NCBI GenBank assembly: GCA_964348725.1
Contig: CAYGDG010000001.1
Span: 1,898 to 65,897, forward strand
From: an uncultured Candidatus Saccharibacteria bacterium
Lineage (GTDB): Bacteria; Patescibacteriota; Minisyncoccia; Phycocordibacterales; UBA9973
DNA: 64,000 nucleotides
Direction: 5' to 3'
The position numbers and the translations under genes were made by a program. The notes under the pieces are model-generated. The model saw nothing but the letters and a program-made list of their open reading frames with translations. It did no database searches and was not told where the DNA came from. Below are positions 53,053 to 61,273 of this stretch, in pieces; position 1 is the stretch's first letter; each line of letters starts with the position of its first letter.

Positions 53053-53586
53053 TTATTCCGGAGGGAAGTATTGTCTGTCTAATTCTTTACACATCTCACC
53101 TAGAAAGAAACCTCCTATAATGAAAGGTAAGAAACAGAATAGCATTTCCAATGTCGTCCAGTTGTAACCGACCAGGATAGAAACGATAGCTGTGAGAATA
53201 CTCGCAAACACTGCGCCGCAGAGGATACCGCCAGTATATGCCATAAATATTGTGGCAGAAAAGCATATGAATACGGCATTTGAAACTCCGCTTATCACAA
53301 CGAATCCGGCAACCATTCCACCCCAGACGGTCATTTTACCGATTTGCTTTTTAATCAATGCAAATTTTGGAATCGGCATCCATTTTTCACAAGCGGTACT
53401 TTTAGCCATAAAAAGGGAAGCCAATGAAACAAGAAGGACTGCCGGAATGGCATTCAGTATGATGGCATTCTTTATCTGGTTCTCGGGCGAAGCCGTGAAT
53501 TTGTGGATGAAATAAAAACTGAGTATAAATAGTAGATAAAAACCGCTTCTGAGAGCGGCAACGGAGGGGAGCTGAGTGTTTTTCAT
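53053..53586 (-). CDS. Polytopic membrane protein. Hypothetical.
   Basis: Five to six predicted TM helices and no motif. A GC hairpin ccctccgga-ttat-tccggaggg overlaps its stop codon at 53044-53065 and may act as a terminator. Confidence 0.4.
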   Translation of the reverse strand: MKNTQLPSVAALRSGFYLLFILSFYFIHKFTASPENQIKNAIILNAIPAVLLVSLASLFMAKSTACEKWMPIPKFALIKKQIGKMTVWGGMVAGFVVISGVSNAVFICFSATIFMAYTGGILCGAVFASILTAIVSILVGYNWTTLEMLFCFLPFIIGGFFLGEMCKELDRQYFPPE

Positions 53587-53725
53587 TTTTCTTGAGTTTT
53601 GAAGGTTTTTAATATTCTACAAAAGCAGGAGATTTTGTCAAAGTATACACACTTGCAATTTTTGTATTCTATGATATAGTATAGCGTAAATAACCCTTGT
53701 ATTTTAACAATTAAAAAACAAAAAA

Positions 53726-54703
53726 ATGAATTACATCATTCAAGACTACGGTAAAACCGTGACTCCAAAGCTTCACATTAATGCTCTGCAAGGACATCAG
53801 TACATCCCGCAAGCGGATCAATGTATCAAAAACATCGTACAAAAATTCTGCACTAACAAACCTTTCCCTTCCAGGGAATACATTTTAGATGTTGGATGTG
53901 GCCCTGGCAGGATTACTTCCGACCTGGGACTTCCTCACTGCCACAGAATCGGCCTTGATATTTCCCAAGATTTTATTAATTATGCTTGGACAAGTTTCCT
54001 AAACCGCAACAAAGGCACGGACCCGTGTGTGAGCTTTCAGCAAATGAACTTTGCCGAAGAAGCAGACATAATGCTTGCAAGCGGAAAAATCATCAAAGAT
54101 TTTGATATTATCCTCATGCAAGGCGTGATGCACCATGTGCACGGAGATGACCGGGCCAAATTTCTGCAAAGAAGCTTTGAGCTATTGAAGCCAGACGGAA
54201 TCTTGATCATTGGTGACGAATTCATTAAAGATTACGAAACCGAAGATGAGCGTATCCTGAATGTCGCAAAGTTCTATCTGCATATCATTGATGAGGCTCG
54301 CAAAGGCGGCTTTATTGAACTTGCGGAAGAAGAAGCAAAGAACCTAGTTGATGATTGTTTTTCAGGTACTAAGTATGCCGGATGTGCGACTCAAAAAACA
54401 TTTGAACATATCTACGAGTACGCTCGGATGATAAATCAAATGTTTTGTGAGTACGGTGGTATAGGTGGATTAAACTTTGAGGCAAATAATCAGATCCGTA
54501 ATATGTTTGATTACATAAAACGGAGTGTGGAAGGCATCCTTGATGCTCAAGCTGAAAATTTCAATCGCGGAGATCTCAAAGTCTCCACGAGAGTTTTCAC
54601 TGAAGAGCTCACAAACTACGGTTTTGTACTTGAAGAAAAGTATGAGATCGGACCGGTTAAACAACTGGGAGGGATGGGCGTGCTGATGTTTATGAAGCGA
54701 TAA
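53726..54703 (+). CDS. Class I SAM-dependent methyltransferase with a C-terminal extension
   Basis: ILDVGCGPGRITSDL (motif I) and IILMQGVMHHV (motif II/post I); 325 aa. Confidence 0.7.
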   Translation: MNYIIQDYGKTVTPKLHINALQGHQYIPQADQCIKNIVQKFCTNKPFPSREYILDVGCGPGRITSDLGLPHCHRIGLDISQDFINYAWTSFLNRNKGTDPCVSFQQMNFAEEADIMLASGKIIKDFDIILMQGVMHHVHGDDRAKFLQRSFELLKPDGILIIGDEFIKDYETEDERILNVAKFYLHIIDEARKGGFIELAEEEAKNLVDDCFSGTKYAGCATQKTFEHIYEYARMINQMFCEYGGIGGLNFEANNQIRNMFDYIKRSVEGILDAQAENFNRGDLKVSTRVFTEELTNYGFVLEEKYEIGPVKQLGGMGVLMFMKR

Positions 54704-54720
54704 AGTTTGAATCTATTTAA

Positions 54721-54752
54721 AGAGCTATCTCTAAAGGTAGCTCTTTTTTTTG
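54721..54752 (+). terminator. Rho-independent terminator
   Basis: agagctatctc-taa-aggtagctct hairpin followed by T8. Confidence 0.55.
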
Positions 54753-54910
54753 TGCGCGATAGGATTCGGTCACGAATAATTTGCCCGCCGTCGCGTGCAA
54801 ATTTTCTCGACCCCGGCTCGCTCATTTTTTCTGCTGAAAAAATATAGCTGCGCCTTTCTCATCCTGACACAAGCAAATCAATTTGCTTGCTTATCGTGCT
54901 CGCTTCGCTG

Positions 54911-54983
54911 TGCGCGATACAGGATTCGAACCTGTGGCCTACCCCACGTCAAGGGGTCGCTCTACCAACTGAGCTAACCGCGC
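54911..54983 (-). tRNA. tRNA-Val (anticodon GAC)
   Basis: Reverse complement: GCGCGGT-TA-GCTC-AGTTGGTA-GAGC-G-ACCCC-TTGACGT-GGGGT-AGGCC-ACAGG-TTCGAAT-CCTGT-ATCGCGC-A. The CCA is not encoded. Confidence 0.8.
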
Positions 54984-55181
54984 GTTCCTCTATACTATAA
55001 AAAAAACAAGCTAAAAACAAGGCTGTTTGATTCATTGACTTTATATATAAATATGTGTATAATTAAACAAAGTAAAAAGTCCATTAAAATATAGATTTCA
55101 GTGGTGAAAGTTTGGTTTTCTTTTATTTTCTATATGGAAATCAGAGACAACTAAATTTTCACTTAACTTAATTTCTATACT

Positions 55182-55478
55182 ATGAAAACAAATGTAACAG
55201 TTGTAAATGTAAAAGTTAACTGCACTCAATGCGAGGGTAGCGGAGTCTATGGTCCTGTAGATAAAAAAGGTTCAGGCTGGGTTTGTCTGGAATGTGAGGG
55301 CACAGGTGCTCAGTCATTAAACCTCACCTACACTTTGTTTACAGAACGCGTAAAAAAAGAATCCGTAAAAACAGTTACGGCAAAACCCAAATGGGAAGAT
55401 CCAGGAGAAACGATTACATATAAGGAATTTCTTGAAGGGAAGATGCCTCAGTTTCCCGAAAAAGAAAAAAAGGCATAG
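55182..55478 (+). CDS. Small protein with two DnaJ-type zinc-finger units (CxxCxGxG)
   Basis: CTQCEGSG and CLECEGTG motifs; 98 aa, with a Lys-rich C-terminus. Confidence 0.5.
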   Translation: MKTNVTVVNVKVNCTQCEGSGVYGPVDKKGSGWVCLECEGTGAQSLNLTYTLFTERVKKESVKTVTAKPKWEDPGETITYKEFLEGKMPQFPEKEKKA

Positions 55479-55498
55479 CTTAAACCACTTAGCAAAAA

Positions 55499-55533
55499 GA
55501 AAAACCACTTTTGCTGAGTGGTTTTTCTTTTTG
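55499..55533. terminator. Bidirectional rho-independent terminator
   Basis: aaaaccact-tttgctg-agtggtttt hairpin followed by tcttttt. It lies between convergent genes ending at 55478 (+) and 55541 (-). Confidence 0.55.
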
Positions 55534-55540
55534 AGATGAG

Positions 55541-56047
55541 TTATTCCTCTATATTTTTAGCTCGTTTCAAGAAAATTAAATCCCTTTTTACGATAAATTT
55601 GCCGCCATATATGGTCGGGCTATCTTTACTCAACTTTTTAATGGCTTCATGTAAAGTCATCCATTTTATTTGAAAACCCGCATCCTTTTCAGATTTAGTA
55701 AAACTATGATTGCCATATTTAGACACTTTTGCCATATAGCAATAAGATAATTGTATCTTTTTAAATTTATCCCTATATTCAATTATCATACCGACTTCCT
55801 TGCCAATTTTTGCAGTACATCCTGTTTCCTCCTTTATTTCTCTGGCTAGGGCAGTTTTAATATCTTCATTATTTTCTACTCCGCCGCCGGGTATTTTATG
55901 ATATCCGTCTCTAGAAACAAAGAGCATTGCAACTTTGTTTTCCTTATCAAAAAGTATCGCTCGTGCGGCTTTTCTCACAGTGTATGTGACACTTTTTTGA
56001 TTCTTAACACCAATATCTTTATTATATATTTCTTTCAGTAATTCCAT
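55541..56047 (-). CDS. NUDIX hydrolase
   Basis: Nudix box GGGVENNEDIKTALAREIKEETGC; 168 aa. Confidence 0.8.
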   Translation of the reverse strand: MELLKEIYNKDIGVKNQKSVTYTVRKAARAILFDKENKVAMLFVSRDGYHKIPGGGVENNEDIKTALAREIKEETGCTAKIGKEVGMIIEYRDKFKKIQLSYCYMAKVSKYGNHSFTKSEKDAGFQIKWMTLHEAIKKLSKDSPTIYGGKFIVKRDLIFLKRAKNIEE

Positions 56048-57265
56048 TTACATTCTCTCCTTAATTCTCTCTAAAGCTAAAATAAACGCACCTCTGCGCA
56101 AGTCGGTGGAGTGTTTCTTTGCAAGGTCGGCGATTTTTTGGGAGCTTTCGGCCAGCATTGGCTGGAGCTTGGCGAATACTTCTTGTTCGCTCCAGTGTTC
56201 GCCCTTCAAGTTCTGATCCCACTCAAAGTAGGAAACAGTGACGCCGCCGGAATTTGCCAGGATGTCTGGAATGATGGCGATGCCTTTTTTGAAAAGAATT
56301 TCATCCGCTTCCGGCGTGGTCGGGCCGTTTGCAAGTTCGAGAACGACTTTCGCTTTTACTTTATCCGCATTCGCATCGGTAATCTGGTTTTCAAATGCGG
56401 CTGGGATAAGGAGGTCACAATTTGTTTCAAGAAGTCCTTCGTTCGTTATTTCTTGTGCGCCAGGGAAGCCAGCCAAAGAGCCGGTTGATTTTTTGTGCTC
56501 CATCGCTTTCGCTACATCAAGTCCCGCCGGATTATAAATCCCGCCTTTGGAATCAGAAACGGCGACGACGGTATGCCCCGCCTTTGCCCAAATTTCTGCC
56601 GCATACGAGCCGGCATTACCAAAGCCCTGCACGGCGACGGTGCATTTTTCCGGAAGTCCGAGCGATGCGCGAAGTGCTTCAAAGACATAAAATCCGCCTT
56701 GCGCAGTGGCCGTACCGCGGCCTTCGGAGCCACCTTTATCTAGCGGCTTGCCGGTGATGACAGCACCTGTCTTATCCCCGGTCAATTTTTCAAATTCGTC
56801 CGCCATCCACGCCATTATTTCCGGCGTAGTATTCACATCCGGAGCAGGCACATCTTTCTTCGGTCCGAGAATATCCGAAAGTCTGCGCACCCAGCCGCGG
56901 GAAAGCCGTTCAAGTTCGCCCTTGGAAAGGGTCTTCGGGTCTACAGTCACGCCGCCCTTGCCGCCGCCCATCGGAATGCCTGCTACGGCGCACTTCAATG
57001 CCATCCAGAAGGCGAGCGCCTTCACTTCATTGATGTCCGTGTCCTGGTGGTAACGGATGCCGCCTTTGTATGGGCCGAGGGCATTGTTGTATTCCACGCG
57101 GTAGCCTTCAAAAGCGCGCACGGAGCCGTCGTCCATCTTTACCGGTATTGAAATTCTGACTTCGCGATTCGGATTCCGAAGGAGGGTAATAAATTGTGCA
57201 TCTAGTCCTGCCAGTTCTGCGGCCTTGTCCAGCTGTGCCATCGCGTTTTCAAATGGGTTGTGCAT
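56048..57265 (-). CDS. gdh: Glutamate dehydrogenase (Glu/Leu/Phe/Val dehydrogenase family)
   Basis: GPYKGGIRYHQDTDINEVKALAFWMALKCAVAGIPMGGGKGG catalytic motif and GFGNAGSYAA NAD(P)-binding motif; 405 aa. Confidence 0.9.
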   Translation of the reverse strand: MHNPFENAMAQLDKAAELAGLDAQFITLLRNPNREVRISIPVKMDDGSVRAFEGYRVEYNNALGPYKGGIRYHQDTDINEVKALAFWMALKCAVAGIPMGGGKGGVTVDPKTLSKGELERLSRGWVRRLSDILGPKKDVPAPDVNTTPEIMAWMADEFEKLTGDKTGAVITGKPLDKGGSEGRGTATAQGGFYVFEALRASLGLPEKCTVAVQGFGNAGSYAAEIWAKAGHTVVAVSDSKGGIYNPAGLDVAKAMEHKKSTGSLAGFPGAQEITNEGLLETNCDLLIPAAFENQITDANADKVKAKVVLELANGPTTPEADEILFKKGIAIIPDILANSGGVTVSYFEWDQNLKGEHWSEQEVFAKLQPMLAESSQKIADLAKKHSTDLRRGAFILALERIKERM

Positions 57266-57339
57266 GTTGTATATAAATTGATTATTAGTAAAGTCTAATT
57301 ATATCCCATACCAAAATTTTTCCAAAATTTGCTACGGGA

Positions 57340-58092
57340 CTACGCCGCCATTCGCTCCAGCACCGCAAGTTCGTCCTTTGTATTCGCTCCGAGGGCTTCA
57401 AGCGGGTCTATTTTTACGGTTTCTATTTTGTCGCCATGTTCCGATGCTATTTTGAAAAGGTCAGTCAGGTAATATTCTTTCTGCGCATTTTCATTTTTTA
57501 TTTTTTCCAAATTTTGCCACATCCACGCCGCGTTAAAAATATAACAGCCGGCATTTACTTCTTTTATATTCCGCTCATCTTCGCTGGCATCCTTAAATTC
57601 GCGGATGCCGAGCATCTTGCCGCCTTCGCGCAGTACGCGTCCAAAACCGGCAAAACCTGCGCGCCAGTCCGAGAAATCCGGCACTTCCGTGGAAGTGAAT
57701 GTAATCATCGCGCCGCTCTCTAAATGTTTTTCCACAAGCGAGCGGATAGTCTCCGCTTTGATAAGCGGCTGGTCGCCGGAGAGCACGATGATGTCTTCTG
57801 CTTCGGCGCATTCGCCGCGGGCGCAGGACACCGCGTGCCCCGTGCCGAGCTGTTCATCTTGATTTACATAAAAGCATAAGTCGCCGAGTTCCGAACGAAC
57901 AAGCTCGCCCTTGTGCCCGATAATGGACACAGGTTTACCGAGGCCGGCTTTTTCCGCCTCGCGGATGACATGCTTTATCATTGCTTCGCCCTTGAGCGGC
58001 GCGAGCACTTTCGGCAGGTCGCTTTCCATCCGCTTGCCCTTACCTGCGGCTAATATGACTATTTTTATCTTTCTATTACCATGGCTTTCCAT
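57340..58092 (-). CDS. Sugar-1-phosphate nucleotidyltransferase resembling the N-terminal (pyrophosphorylase) domain of GlmU. There is no LbH acetyltransferase domain.
   Basis: IVILAAGKGKRMESDLPKVLAPL closely matches the GlmU ILAAGKGTRMYSDLPKVLH motif. GDQPL and other motifs are also present. About 250 aa from MESHGN. Confidence 0.7.
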   Translation of the reverse strand: MESHGNRKIKIVILAAGKGKRMESDLPKVLAPLKGEAMIKHVIREAEKAGLGKPVSIIGHKGELVRSELGDLCFYVNQDEQLGTGHAVSCARGECAEAEDIIVLSGDQPLIKAETIRSLVEKHLESGAMITFTSTEVPDFSDWRAGFAGFGRVLREGGKMLGIREFKDASEDERNIKEVNAGCYIFNAAWMWQNLEKIKNENAQKEYYLTDLFKIASEHGDKIETVKIDPLEALGANTKDELAVLERMAA

Positions 58093-58322
58093 AGCTACAA
58101 ATCTACTCCTTTTATTTGAAAAAGGGAAGCTCAAAAAAGGGGATAGAAATGCTATAATTTAGGTATGGATAAACAAAAAGTAAAAATGAATATGGCTTAT
58201 ATCCGCGTGGCTTCCCGTATGCAGCCAAAAGCCGCCAAAGCGGCGAATCGTAACGCAAAGAAGCCGAAGAGCAAATAGTTTTTGCTTTTTCAGAAAAAAA
58301 TGCTATTATGAATTTTGTTTTT

Positions 58323-58397
58323 GGCCCTATCGTCTAACGGTTAGGACGCCGGCTTTTCAAGCCGTTAATCCGGGTTCGATTCCCGGTAGGGTCACCA
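58323..58397 (+). tRNA. tRNA-Glu (anticodon TTC)
   Basis: GGCCCTA-TC-GTC-TAACGGTTA-GGAC-G-CCGGC-TTTTCAA-GCCGT-TAAT-CCGGG-TTCGATT-CCCGG-TAGGGTC-A-CCA. CCA is encoded. Confidence 0.8.
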
Positions 58398-58413
58398 GTT
58401 TTAAATTTTTTAA

Positions 58414-58502
58414 GGAAACGTGGCTGAGTGGTTTAAGGCACTTGTTTCGAAAACAAGCGTCCGGGAAACCGGACCGTGAGTTCAAATCTCACCGTTTCCG
58501 CA
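58414..58502 (+). tRNA. tRNA-Ser (anticodon CGA), with a long variable arm
   Basis: GGAAACG-TG-GCTG-AGTGGTTTAAG-GCA-CTTGT-TTCGAAA-ACAAG-CGTCCGGGAAACCGGACC-GTGAG-TTCAAAT-CTCAC-CGTTTCC-G-CA. Confidence 0.8.
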
Positions 58503-58576
58503 TTGACTATTTGATTTTTATCTGGTAACTTGATTTCATAATCAATTCTTTTTAAACTTATAAAACCCCCTGTATT

Positions 58577-58957
58577 ATGTCAAAAAACAATTTCATCTTT
58601 ATTCTGGAGAGTTCTCTAGAGAAACAAAGTGAGTATCTAGAAAAGAATACGACAGGATTTGATATCCTGTTTGCACGTACTGCTAATCAAGCACAAGAGA
58701 TGCTTGAGGAGAATTTGAATAAGATTAAATACATTGTGATTGCCGGTTGCGGAGAAGAGCCAGGCATGGCTGAAACTTTTGAACAGGAAGAATTTGTTCA
58801 GTATATTAAAAATGAATGGTATTTTTGTGATATTTTTTTCATTTCATCAAACTTAAAAACAAATACTATTTTGAAAAATTTCGAATGTATTGTTTGTATG
58901 GAAAGCCAATTATTTCAGAAAATAGAAGAGTTGGAAAAAGAAAACAAAATAGCATAA
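58577..58957 (+). CDS. Hypothetical protein (126 aa), AT-rich, with a possible degenerate receiver-like fold
   Basis: Alternating beta-alpha pattern (FIFILESS... ILFARTANQAQEMLEE... YIVIAGC). No conserved Asp pocket is evident. Low confidence. Confidence 0.3.
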   Translation: MSKNNFIFILESSLEKQSEYLEKNTTGFDILFARTANQAQEMLEENLNKIKYIVIAGCGEEPGMAETFEQEEFVQYIKNEWYFCDIFFISSNLKTNTILKNFECIVCMESQLFQKIEELEKENKIA

Positions 58958-58976
58958 ATACTGTTTCAAGTAAAGA

Positions 58977-59002
58977 AAAAACCGTCCTGCAAGCAGGGCG
59001 GT
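58977..59002. terminator. Bidirectional terminator hairpin between convergent genes
   Basis: aaaaaccgtcct-gcaagc-agggcggttt hairpin followed by atttcg, immediately before the trxB stop at 59003. Confidence 0.5.
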
Positions 59003-59932
59003 TTATTTCGTATGTATAGCAATATAGATATCCTCCAGTGCGCGGACGGCGTCGCCGGCAGCGATGTTATTCTGGTGATAGAGGACATTGGTGCAATCGC
59101 CGGCGGCCCAGATGCCGGGGATTTCTGTTTTGCCCGTTGAGAGGTCTATTTTTACGCGGCCTATTTCGTCTAATGGCACGATGCCTTTAACCCATTCTGT
59201 ATTTGGAATCTGGCCAATCTCCACGAATATGCCGGCGACGGGGAGCGTGATGGTTTCACCTGAAGTCCTGTCCGTGTACACAATGCCTTCTACAAATTTA
59301 TCGCCTTTCACTTCTAAAATATCTACATTCTTTACCGCTTTCATTTTCGGATTTTTTAAAACTTTTTCAACGGTGATTTCATCCGCACGGAATTCAGCGG
59401 AACGGTGGAGGAGGGTGACGGATTTGCAGTAGGCGAGGAGCTGTGCGGCGCTTTCAAATCCAGCATTACCGCCGCCGATGACGACGACATCCATGTCGGC
59501 AAAAAGCGGGCCGTCGCACGATGCACAGTAGGTGAGGCCTTTATGTTCTAACGCGTCGGCATTCTTTGCTTCTAATTTTCTGCGGCCTGAACCGGAAGCG
59601 ATGAGGATGGTCTTCGTATCAAAATCTCCCGCATCAGTTTTTACTTTAAAACCGTCTGTAGTTTTTTCCAGGCCTTTGGCCCAGGTACCTTCTTTTACTT
59701 CGAGAGTGTTATTGCCTCCCGTGTTTGCGAGGACATGTTTTTTTAAATTTTCTGCGAGTTCGCCGCCGCCTATTTCTGATGTGCCGATCCAGTTAAAAAT
59801 CTTTTCGGAAACGACAGACTGCCCGCCCCACTCGGCAGTTATAAAAAGAGTATGGAGGCGCTTACGTGAAGCGTACACGGCTGCAGCTGCGCCGGCAGGT
59901 CCGCCGCCTATGATTATCAAATCGTAAAGCAT
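59003..59932 (-). CDS. trxB: Thioredoxin-disulfide reductase
   Basis: YDLIIIGGGPAGAAAAVYASR FAD motif, redox-active CASCDG, and a second Rossmann motif VVVIGGGNAGFESA; 309 aa. Confidence 0.85.
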   Translation of the reverse strand: MLYDLIIIGGGPAGAAAAVYASRKRLHTLFITAEWGGQSVVSEKIFNWIGTSEIGGGELAENLKKHVLANTGGNNTLEVKEGTWAKGLEKTTDGFKVKTDAGDFDTKTILIASGSGRRKLEAKNADALEHKGLTYCASCDGPLFADMDVVVIGGGNAGFESAAQLLAYCKSVTLLHRSAEFRADEITVEKVLKNPKMKAVKNVDILEVKGDKFVEGIVYTDRTSGETITLPVAGIFVEIGQIPNTEWVKGIVPLDEIGRVKIDLSTGKTEIPGIWAAGDCTNVLYHQNNIAAGDAVRALEDIYIAIHTK

Positions 59933-59946
59933 GTGCTTAGTATATA

Positions 59947-61140
59947 TTATTTTTTGCGTCTGAGAAAGGCGGGAACGGCGTTCCAGTCTTCGGTATCATC
60001 TTCGATGATTATTTCTTCTGCCTGTGCAGCTGGCTTTGGTTCGGTCTTTTTCAAAAAGTCATTATTCGATGGGCTGAAAGCAGGAATGCTGCCGAGGATA
60101 TCTTTTTTGACCTGAGCAGGATTTTCGTCTTTCAGGAATGTCTGCGCGCCGGCAGTGGTGTTGAAAAGGGTCTTCCTCGGCATATCGGTAGGGAAGCTAG
60201 TGGCGATGACGGTGACTTTGATTTCGCCTTTCTTAAGCTTCTCATCGCGGATAGTGCCGAAGATTACTTTCGCATCCTTGTCGATGGATTCAGTAATGAT
60301 CTTGGCGGCTTCCTGGATTTCGTGGATGGTGAGGTCGTCTCCGCCGGAGATGGCAAAGAGCACGCCTTTGGCGCCGTTGATGGATACTTCGAGGAGCGGG
60401 GAATTGATAGCCTGGAGAGCGGCTTTTTCCGCGCGCTTTTCGCCGGCCGCGGAGCCGATACCCATAAGTGCGGAGCCGGCATCACACATCACCGCGCGGA
60501 TGTCCGCGAAGTCGACATTGATGATGCCCGGCGTGGTGATGAGGTCGGAGATGCCTTCCACTGCCTGGCGAAGCACGTCATCGCAAATTGCGAATGCGTC
60601 TTTGAAGTTCGTATTCTTGTCCGCGATCTGCAGGAGCTTGTCGTTTGGGATGACGATGATGGCATCCACTTCTTTTGCGAGCGCTTCGAGGCCTTGCTCG
60701 GCGAGCTTCATGCGGTGATTACCTTCAAAGAAGAACGGCTTGGTGACGACGGCGACAGTCAGGATGCCTTGCTCCTTTGCCGCGCGTGCGACGATGGGCG
60801 CGGCGCCCGTGCCCGTGCCGCCGCCCATGCCACAGGCGATGAATATCATGTCTGCGCCTTTGATGGTGTCCTGGATTTCAGATTTTGTTTCTTCCGCAGC
60901 CTTCCTGCCGACTTCCGGATTCATTCCGGCGCCGAGGCCTTTGGTGAGGTTCTTGCCGATGTGTATCTTTTTCTCGGCGAGGGAATTGTGCAAATCCTGC
61001 GTATCGGTATTCATCGAGATGAATTCGACGCCTTTGACCTTGCTGGATATCATATGGTTGAGCGCGTTCTTTCCAGAGCCTCCGACTCCGATGACCTTGA
61101 TGCGTGCGAATGTTTCGATTTCAGGATTTACTTTTGGCAT
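59947..61140 (-). CDS. ftsZ: Cell division GTPase FtsZ
   Basis: IKVIGVGGSGKNALNHM and the tubulin signature GMGGGTGTGAAPIVA. ORF 59947..61218, with the probable start MPKVNPEIE at 61140. Confidence 0.9.
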   Translation of the reverse strand: MPKVNPEIETFARIKVIGVGGSGKNALNHMISSKVKGVEFISMNTDTQDLHNSLAEKKIHIGKNLTKGLGAGMNPEVGRKAAEETKSEIQDTIKGADMIFIACGMGGGTGTGAAPIVARAAKEQGILTVAVVTKPFFFEGNHRMKLAEQGLEALAKEVDAIIVIPNDKLLQIADKNTNFKDAFAICDDVLRQAVEGISDLITTPGIINVDFADIRAVMCDAGSALMGIGSAAGEKRAEKAALQAINSPLLEVSINGAKGVLFAISGGDDLTIHEIQEAAKIITESIDKDAKVIFGTIRDEKLKKGEIKVTVIATSFPTDMPRKTLFNTTAGAQTFLKDENPAQVKKDILGSIPAFSPSNNDFLKKTEPKPAAQAEEIIIEDDTEDWNAVPAFLRRKK

Positions 61141-61273
61141 AAAAATGGTATAATTAATGTTAATTGATATAAAAAGATTTCTGTAATCCCTATAATAGCA
61201 GAAATAAAAAAAAAGCAAAGGCCGTAAATTTCGGAAAAAATGCCAAAATTCTATACTATAATTTTATTCTGTT

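Noticed and set aside
53560-53575. ggaggggagc 10-mer matching the 3' end of the lepA/tsaD hairpin element
   Set aside because: Only a 10-nt match, without the ACCACCCCC head or the inverted repeat partner. It coincides with the Shine-Dalgarno or start region of the 53053..53586 gene and is probably coincidence.
60322-61167. 281-aa ORF on the + strand
   Set aside because: Antisense to ftsZ, which has the tubulin GGGTGTG signature on the minus strand.
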